Position numbers and translations under genes: made by a program. The notes beneath the pieces were generated by a model. That model was not told the origin of the DNA. It saw only the letters and a program-made list of their open reading frames with translations, and ran no database searches. This document shows positions 56,723 to 64,000 of a stretch of 64,000 nucleotides of DNA, one piece after another. The first letter of the stretch is position 1. Each line of letters opens with the position of its first letter. Source of the stretch: Longimicrobiales bacterium (GTDB lineage: Bacteria > Gemmatimonadota > Gemmatimonadetes > Longimicrobiales > Gaopeijiaceae); assembly GCA_965226375.1 (NCBI GenBank), contig CBDDCX010000008.1:224001-288000 (forward strand), read 5' to 3'.

Positions 56723-57589
56723 TTGCAAGCCGGTCAGACCATCGAGCGGGATTTGCTCGCCGCTAGGACAAGGGACGGCACCCGCGAGGGGTTCATCATT
56801 CCTATCGGAGGAGCCGAGGAGAAGATCGGGGACACCCGCATTCTCTCCAGCTTTGTCCACCTTTGCGGTGGCGACGAAGCGAACATTGCGATCATCCCCA
56901 CGGCCTCCGAGCTCGAGGACTCCGGCTCGAGGTATGAAGAGGTTTTTCGCCGCATCGGCGTCGAGTCGGCTCGGGCTCTGCCGTTCAACGTCAGGGAAGA
57001 CTGCGAGCGTGAGGACTGGCTCGAGGAGTTGGAGAAGGCCGACGGCATCTTCATGACCGGCGGCAACCAGTTGCGGCTGTCCACCATCGTCGGGGGAACC
57101 CCGGTGGCGAGGGCGATTCGCGCTGCGAGCGCTCGCGGCGTGCACGTGGCCGGGACTTCGGCCGGAGCGGGATTCATGTCGGAACATATGATTGCGTTCG
57201 GCGGCGAAGGCCTTCTCCCACGCGCGGGGCTGGTAACCATGGCCCCGGGCCTGGGACTGACCAACCGAGTCGTCGTGGACCACCACTTCGCGGAGCGTGC
57301 ACGCTTGGGCCGATTGATGACCGCGCTCGGCTTCAATCCGTTCGCCGTAGGGCTCGGACTCGACGAGGATACCGCTGCGTTCATCGGACCTGACGACGTG
57401 CTGAATGTCGTGGGTTCGGGATCGGTCACGGTGGTGGATCCCGCCGACATCGAGTATTCCAATCTTCACTCACGCGATTCAGGCGAGCCCGTCTGCTTGG
57501 TGAACGTTCGGGTGCACTTTCTCGTGGACGGATGGTCGTTCGACCTGAATACGCGGGAAGCTTCTCACAAGCACGTGATGCCCGCGTAA
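56723..57589 (+). CDS. cphB: Cytoplasmic cyanophycinase
   Basis: IGGAEEK, IPTAS, TGGNQLRL, AGTSAGA, DHHF.ER.RLGRL, GLDEDTA; GGAGG RBS with TTG start. Confidence 0.88.
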   Translation: MQAGQTIERDLLAARTRDGTREGFIIPIGGAEEKIGDTRILSSFVHLCGGDEANIAIIPTASELEDSGSRYEEVFRRIGVESARALPFNVREDCEREDWLEELEKADGIFMTGGNQLRLSTIVGGTPVARAIRAASARGVHVAGTSAGAGFMSEHMIAFGGEGLLPRAGLVTMAPGLGLTNRVVVDHHFAERARLGRLMTALGFNPFAVGLGLDEDTAAFIGPDDVLNVVGSGSVTVVDPADIEYSNLHSRDSGEPVCLVNVRVHFLVDGWSFDLNTREASHKHVMPA

Positions 57590-57601
57590 TTCAACGGGAA
57601 G

Positions 57602-58664
57602 GGGGTATTCCCTTAAGTCCACCGACCCCAAGATATAGTGGTTACCGGGGCTCTGCGGGCCGTTTCCCACGTCCGGTGCCGAGGTAAAGGGCCGAAGCTG
57701 GCGTGGGAGCACACTGAACAGCCTGCTCAAGCAAGCGGTAGAACAACAGGCCGCGAGCCCGGGATGTGCGTCGGTTGAAGCGAAAGGTGAACTCGTCCAG
57801 ATAGTAGGGGAGGTGTTCGCGGGCGATCCCTCCTTGGAGGGTTCCGAGGACCCAGCGCTTGAGGAGAGACGCCACCCGATGTACGGCCGACATGAGCACG
57901 TGAGCGGGATCGCCGGAGGTCGAGAGGTTCGTGACCGTGTGGCGAAAGCCCAGTTTGGCGAGTCCCTGATAGCTTGGCCATCCGTCGGTATGCACCGTGC
58001 TTGCCGGTGCGATGCTATCCTTGACGAAGCCTCGCAGAACCGGAGCGGAGAGGTCGGGCACCCAACGCAGCCGTATTCTCCCGATCTTGCGTCCGTCGAC
58101 CTCGGCGGCGATCGCGACGATGGCCTTCTTGATCGTCTCGCGGCCCCGCACTCCAGCCTCCACGCCCCCGACATAGCTCTCGTCCACTTGCACAACGCCG
58201 CTCAGCTGGTCGCGATCCGGTCGGACCATGGCCCGGCGGAGCTTGTGGAGCCAGACCCACGCTGTCTTGTAGCTTCCCAGTCCGAGCACGCGCTGGAGCC
58301 CGAGAGCATTGGCTCCGTATTTCTGGCTCGTGAGCTCCCAGGCAGCGAGAAACCACAGACGCAGGGGCGAGCGCGTGCGGTGGAACACGGTTCCCGCCAG
58401 CACCGAGGTCTGCCTTCGACAGTGTGGGCAGACGAGACGCCCCCGCGATGCTCGCCAGACCTCTCCCAACCCGCCACAGCCCACGCACACAAACCCTTCC
58501 GGCCAGCGCAGACCCTCCACGTACTCCAGGCATGCCGCATCGTCGGGGAAGAACTCGTCCAGCTCCAGCCGCGTACGGGGATAGTCCACGCCGCCACGGA
58601 GCTGAGAAGCCGGAACCGCCATGACCACAACATGTAGTGGGCGGTGGACTTAAGGCAATACCCC
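57602..58664 (-). mobile_element. IS1595-family insertion sequence without target duplication
   Basis: 23-bp terminal IRs GGGGTATT(C/G)CCTTAAGTCCACCG with one mismatch; flanks differ. Confidence 0.92.
57642..58628 (-). CDS. IS1595-family transposase
   Basis: RWPEGFVC..C...CPHC zinc ribbon, VQVDESY, VHTDGW, YLDEFTFRFNRR. Confidence 0.95.
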   Translation of the reverse strand: MVMAVPASQLRGGVDYPRTRLELDEFFPDDAACLEYVEGLRWPEGFVCVGCGGLGEVWRASRGRLVCPHCRRQTSVLAGTVFHRTRSPLRLWFLAAWELTSQKYGANALGLQRVLGLGSYKTAWVWLHKLRRAMVRPDRDQLSGVVQVDESYVGGVEAGVRGRETIKKAIVAIAAEVDGRKIGRIRLRWVPDLSAPVLRGFVKDSIAPASTVHTDGWPSYQGLAKLGFRHTVTNLSTSGDPAHVLMSAVHRVASLLKRWVLGTLQGGIAREHLPYYLDEFTFRFNRRTSRARGLLFYRLLEQAVQCAPTPASALYLGTGRGKRPAEPR

Positions 58665-58665
58665 A

Positions 58666-60672
58666 TATGGGCAGAATAGTGCGGCCGTCGGGACGGTCTT
58701 CCGGCTGTACGTTGTACTCAAGGGGCCCGACCTGGCTCTGGCGCACAGGGACGTGGTCATCGATCCCAACCTGACGACCCCGGCCGACGGTTACGTACAC
58801 GCCATCGGGTACGGCAACGAGCCGATCAAGGTGCGGCTCACGGACGGCTTCGCTTGTGTCAAGTTTGACACACAGGATGAGGGCACCGATAACGCTGCGA
58901 CATGCCTGATCGCGGGCGCGACAAGCTTCGGCTTCGTGACGGATGAGCTCAACACCGAGTTCCACTTCCCGGACGGCAACCCGACCTTCGTTGCCAATTT
59001 CGAGGTCAGCGAGTGCCTGTCTCTGACCGACCCGATCTCGGGTGGCGCATTGGTGGACGTGCCGCTCGCGGACTGCAAGATCACCCTGGACAGTGAGTTG
59101 CCCAGCCTGGACGAACCCGGTCGGATCGAAGTCGATTTCTTCACTGACTCTCGTTGGGACACCGGTCCGTTTTCCGACGCCAGGTTGAATCTCCTCCAGT
59201 TCGACGACGCCGGGGTGGCCGTACTACCGCCCAGCGTGGCTCCGACTCCAAGCTGGTTCGGCACGGCGACGACGGGTCCATCGGCACTCAGATGGATCGA
59301 GAATGGCTTGGGCAGGCTCGCCGCCTTCTTCGGCGTCAAGCCGCTCTACGCGCCGCCGGGAGCCGGGTGGGACTTTACCCGCATGAGCGACTTCCAGATC
59401 GCCTTGATGCCCGTGATGGACCACGGTGTGGGTGGTGGCACAGCCTGTTCGTCCGGGCTGGCAAGCTGCCTGAATCTGGGGACCATCGGTGGTGTCGATC
59501 CTGAGGTTGAGGTGAGCGTAGACGTCACCGCGCCCGACGACAGCGATCCGGGCGGGTCTCCGGGGACCCAGCACTTCGCCGTGCAGGACACGCGGCTGCA
59601 CTTCTTCCCGTCCGATGGTGGATCGGTGGCCTGTCCGACCTCCTCCCCGGCTGGCGAGACGTGCGTTGCGGCGCTCGCGAACGACAATAGCACGATCCCC
59701 GCGAGCACCTGGGATCATGTGGTCGTTATTACCGGCACGAGCGGTACAGGCACCGTTGATTGGACGCTCGCTCCCGGCGCCAATAAGCTGGATGTCTCCG
59801 CCTGTGGTGTGGCACGTCCGGGTGCCTTCGAGGCCAACCCGTCCGACACGATTCCGGATGGCGTGTGGGGCACGCTGGACGACTGCACCGACCGTGAAGC
59901 GGCCCTGACGGCTAGCCCTTCCTTCGACAACGGCCCGGCCGACGGGTTTACTCCGTTCGAGCCGGTGGACACGCGGAGCGAGGTGGCCATCTACGGCTTG
60001 CCGCTGACCTTCGAGGCCAAGACTTGTCCGCAGATCACCGTGGACGGGGTGAAAGGCCTCGGCGGAGCCGAGTGGGATGAGTGCGCGGACACCACCTCGT
60101 TCATCGCGCCACTGAAGGGCAAGAAGAGCACGGTCCCCAACGCCAAGCTCTACACTTATGACGACGGCACCACGTTCTATATGGCGCTCGAGGTGAACAC
60201 GAACGACCTCGGCAACAAGATCTTCATCAACCTGGTCGAGTCGTTTGATGGTGACGACGGAGTAGCGGCAGCAGGTGACGAGTTGCTAGTGCTGGATTTC
60301 GGTGACCTGACTGAGCACCCGTTCGGAGAGGCTTCCGATTGGCACTTCACACAGGCCTGTGTGGGGAACAACTCCAGTAGCCTGTGCGGCGACCCGGACT
60401 CGCCGGGCGGTGACGGCGTCGGCAAAGACGTTGAGGCCGCCGCGACCTCGGATGGTTCTCCCTCGGGCGTGTTTTACGAATTCAGCCGTCCGCTTGGGAG
60501 CTTGAACGACGGCGAAGGTGACACCGCCAAGGAGGATCTGTTCGTACCGGTCAGCAAGATGCTCGGCCTACGCCTAAGAGTCACCCAGGGGAAGGGAGGC
60601 GGTAAGGGAGGCTTCGTCTATCCCGATCCGCAGACCAGCCCGGTCATCTACCACAAGTTCACCATCAACTAG
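58666..60672 (+). pseudogene. Large Cys-containing surface/secreted-type protein, probably 5'-truncated by IS1595
   Basis: Frame is open from the IS boundary with no RBS or signal peptide; D/T/G/S-rich beta-type composition. Confidence 0.65.
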
Positions 60673-60723
60673 GTGCTCCCCCAAGGGGCGTGTCCTGAGG
60701 ATCGGATGCGTTGCGGCGCCGGC

Positions 60724-60758
60724 GGCCCCGGAGAGTTTCTCTCCGGGGTCGTTTTTTT
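60724..60758 (+). terminator. Rho-independent terminator
   Basis: 12-bp stem ggccccggagag/ctctccggggtc followed by T7. Confidence 0.88.
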
Positions 60759-60982
60759 ATGGGACTCTCTAGGCGACGTTTCCGCGGTATGTGAGCGGAC
60801 TTTGTCTAGGACTTAGTCTCCTGATGTGACGTTCCGCGGCTCCACCCGCGTGGAGGCGTTACCGGTCAGCCACACCTCGTCACGTGGCGACCTCGACTTG
60901 CCCGATACGTCCACGAAGGCCCACGTTGATCGGGTTGCCCCCGCTTGAGGCCCACACCACCGACGCACCGTGGGAGGCTCCG

Positions 60983-62913
60983 ATGTATCGAGCGCCTTGG
61001 ATGGCCCTGGTCCCCCTACTGACCACCGCTTGCACCGCCCCCGGCCCAACGCAACGGGATTCTCGCGCTCCCGGAGACTTTACGCTCGAGGAGTATGTGT
61101 CACTGAGCTCCCTAGTGGATGGAGCCGTTCCGGATTGGTCTCCGGACGGATCGACCATCCTGTTCTCGGGACGAGGTTCGCTCTGGACCATCGCCGCCGC
61201 CGGGGGGACGCGTAGGGCGATTCCAGTCGAGCCGTTCCGGATTGGTCTCCGGACGGAGGCGCGGGTAGCCCGGCGTTCTCTCCGGATGGGGAGTGGATCG
61301 GATACGTCTCGAGCGCTTCCGGAGATGGGCAGGAGCTCTGGCTCTGGTCCCTGGCTGAGGAGCGCGCGGTGCAGCTTACCGATCTCGGCGCCCGCACCCT
61401 CGCGTGGAGCTGGTCGCCGGATGGCCAGGCCATCGCCTTCTCCAACTCGTTGCGGGGCAACTACGACATCTACACGGTCTCGGTCCCGGACGGGCACGTC
61501 CAACGCGTCACCACCGACACACGCTACGATGTCCAACCCACCTGGACCCCGGACGGATCCTCTATCGTGTACGTCCGCATGGACCAGTGGTGGATTCACC
61601 ACGACGTGATCGCGATCGATGCGGCGACCGGTGCGGGCGAGCGGCTCATCGTGTCCGATCGGAATTGGATGGACTATCGGACGGGTCAGGAGTTCGGGCC
61701 GGGCCAGGTCTCTCCCCGGGGGGACCAGGTGCTCTTCCGCTCCTATCGGAATGGCTGGATCAACTGGTGGGTCGCGCCCATGGACGGCGGTGAGCCATCG
61801 CCGGTGGCGGCCGAAGAAGCCGATCAAAGCTCGCAGAAGCCGTTCCGAGGATATGCGCGCTGGTCTCCCGACGGGGGGTCCATCGCCTACACGTCGAACC
61901 TGCGGGGCAATAAGGTGCTCCGGGTCGCCTCCATAGACGACGGCACAGTGCGCACGCTGTTCGCGCCCGAGATGGGCCTTGTCGCGAATCCGGCCTGGTC
62001 TCCGGACGGGAGCCGTATCGCTGTCACGTTCGACACGCCGCGGCACGTCCCGGATCTGTTCGTCGTGGATGTGGCGAGCGGGGATACCACGCGCTTGACC
62101 AACTCCATGCCGGACGCTTCACTCGCGGAGGCATTCTTCCTTCCCGAGCGAGTGAGCTATGAGAAGGACGGACTCACCATCCACTCCTACCTGTTCCGGC
62201 CGGCCGAGCCTCCACCTCCGGATGGCTACCCGGCCATCGTGTGGGTTCACGGGGGACCCTCGTCCCAGTTCGAAGACGGCTGGCGACGACTGTGGGAGGC
62301 CCACTACTTCGTCAAGCACGGGTATGCGGTGCTGGCTCCCAACATCCGCGGAAGCTCTGGGTTCGGTTGGGAGCACGAGCAGGCAAACAACGGGTGCTGG
62401 GCCAGATGCGACCTGGACGACGTCGTTGCGGGCGCCGAGTACCTCGGCACTCTCCCAGACATGAACGGGGACCGGGTAGCGGTGACCGGCGTGAGCTATG
62501 GAGCGTACCTGAGCTTCGCCGCCAGCACTTTCGCCCCCCATGTGTTCCGGGCCGCGGTTCCCGCCAGGGAGGGTTACGCGAACCGAATCCAACTCGTCGA
62601 GAGCCAGTCCGCCCTGGGGAACATCAACATGTACCAGTACGAGCTGGGTCTTCTCACGGAGAACCGCGAGACGTTTCGGCGGGCCTCACCGACCTTGTAT
62701 GCGCAGGATGCCGGAACGCCCATGCTGATCATCGCCGGTGAGCGCGACAAACAGATGCAGGCGTTTGCGACCGAGGCGGCCCGCTACTACAAGCCGGTTA
62801 CCTATGAGATGTATGAAGACGTGGCGGGCCGGGCGGCTCGTCTCGAGTGGATGCCCAGGATGTTGGCTTTCCTGGACCGCCACGTAAAAGGCGACGTGGA
62901 TCTCTGGCCATAG
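60983..62913 (+). pseudogene. S9 prolyl-oligopeptidase-family lipoprotein with PD40 repeats, frameshifted at about 61232-61254
   Basis: TTAC lipobox, multiple WSPDG repeats, VHGGP, NIRGSSGFG, GVSYG nucleophile; frame break coincides with a 29-bp repeat. Confidence 0.82.
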
Positions 62914-62996
62914 CATGGGAGTGGCGAGCCGCCCCCGTTTGCCCAATGTTGCTCCGTCAGCAGCCGATCAACCCAAGACCAACCGAGTAGACAACT

Positions 62997-63188
62997 ATGG
63001 CAGCGTACACCTGTGATAACTGTGGTATGAGCGTGAACATGACCTGCGGAGAGTGCGGAGCGGATCTCGTCCACGACACTCTGACCTTGGATGACGGCGG
63101 CACGGTCGACATCTCCCAGTGCCCCAACGGGCATGGAAAGATCAAGTCACCCATGTGCTGTGCCGAGGACATGACCTGCTCGGTCTAG
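62997..63188 (+). CDS. Small Cys-rich probable metal-binding protein (63 aa)
   Basis: CDNC, CGEC, CPNGH, CC and a final C. Confidence 0.8.
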   Translation: MAAYTCDNCGMSVNMTCGECGADLVHDTLTLDDGGTVDISQCPNGHGKIKSPMCCAEDMTCSV

Positions 63189-63202
63189 GACAGAGCGAAC
63201 AA

Positions 63203-64000
63203 TCAGCCCCCTCTGGAGAGGCTCGCCTCCAGCTCGTCCAGCGCCACGGGCCAGCGTGGGTGGCGGGCCTCTTTGATTCTCGCCAAGGGGCCGACGACCA
63301 CGGTCACCATCCCTTCCGGGTCCAGGTATTGTTGTGCCATCGCTTTGACATTGGCGGCGGTAACGGCCCGAACCGACCTCGGCCATCCCATCAGCTGATT
63401 GGTGCCCCCACTCCGTACGTGCTCGACGGCATAGGCGCCACTGGCGTTGATAGCCAGCCCCAACGACGGCTGCCAAACGGCGTTCACCAACCAGCCTTGT
63501 GCGCGAGCCACCTCGACCTCGGTCACGGGGGACTGAGGATCGTAGAGACGCTCGACTTCATCCAGGCTGAAGCGGATGAGGGGCGCTACGGCTTCAGGCC
63601 GCCCACCGGTGCGGACGGTGAGCAGGCCGGTTCCCGACCCGGTTATCGGGATCTCGAAGTCGTCCCGGTTCGCCAGGCCGCGCATCTCACGGGCCGCGAT
63701 GTTGAGGCGCTCGGCAAGGATGAAGCGTAGCACGGCCAGGGCGGCTCGGTCTGCACTCGGCACGGCACCGACGGCGCTTCCGATGGCGATCCAGCCCTCG
63801 AGACTCGGCGTGTCGATCGCGTGAAATCGGCCGGGGTCGGCGTTCGGCTCGATCGTCGCTGGGGTCGGCAGTGGCTCGCGTGCGCGCGCCCAGCCTTGGG
63901 TGAGGGTCTCGATGGCCTGCTCGACGGCGTCTCGCGTGGCCGCGCCACCGACGCCCAGCACAACCCTATCCGCTCGCAGGCTACGGGAGGCCAGCGCCCG
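63203..64000 (-). CDS. M16 (insulinase-family) peptidase, C-terminal part, running off the window
   Basis: D..AL.VL..IL..RL....RE.RGLA, VT..EV.RA, VTAANVKAMAQQYLDP...VVVG. Confidence 0.75.
   Translation of the reverse strand, partial: RALASRSLRADRVVLGVGGAATRDAVEQAIETLTQGWARAREPLPTPATIEPNADPGRFHAIDTPSLEGWIAIGSAVGAVPSADRAALAVLRFILAERLNIAAREMRGLANRDDFEIPITGSGTGLLTVRTGGRPEAVAPLIRFSLDEVERLYDPQSPVTEVEVARAQGWLVNAVWQPSLGLAINASGAYAVEHVRSGGTNQLMGWPRSVRAVTAANVKAMAQQYLDPEGMVTVVVGPLARIKEARHPRWPVALDELEASLSRGG

Overview
GC-rich bacterial chromosomal window. The gene repertoire suggests Gemmatimonadota (Longimicrobiales-like), but this is an inference. It holds mostly metabolic, envelope and secreted-hydrolase genes: a DNA-repair cluster (alkA, PA0069-type radical SAM, Fpg/Nei-like), ppk1/sixA/CHAD, two cyanophycinases, a Rieske-ThDP fusion enzyme, pdxH, fhs, a P1B-ATPase divergent from a DtxR-FeoA/feoB operon, and several peptidases. 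Three IS elements are present: a truncated IS3, an IS481 inserted in the Fpg-like gene, and an IS1595. No rRNA, tRNA or CRISPR array was seen. Highlights not shown by the ORF track: (1) two adjacent ORFs join through an in-frame UGA into one DUF3179 protein with a U-x-x-C motif and a SECIS-like hairpin, a probable selenoprotein; (2) the IS481 transposase carries an exact in-frame 54-bp copy of part of the IS3 orfA lying 7.4 kb away on the opposite strand; (3) short templated insertions, inversions and internal deletions recur across the window (histidine kinase, Kir channel, mazF, S9 peptidase, serine hydrolase), which may be real decay or amplification/assembly chimeras; (4) a modular family of extragenic hairpin repeats brackets the secreted cyanophycinase; (5) several operators are readable directly. 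All product calls come from motif recognition, with no database search.
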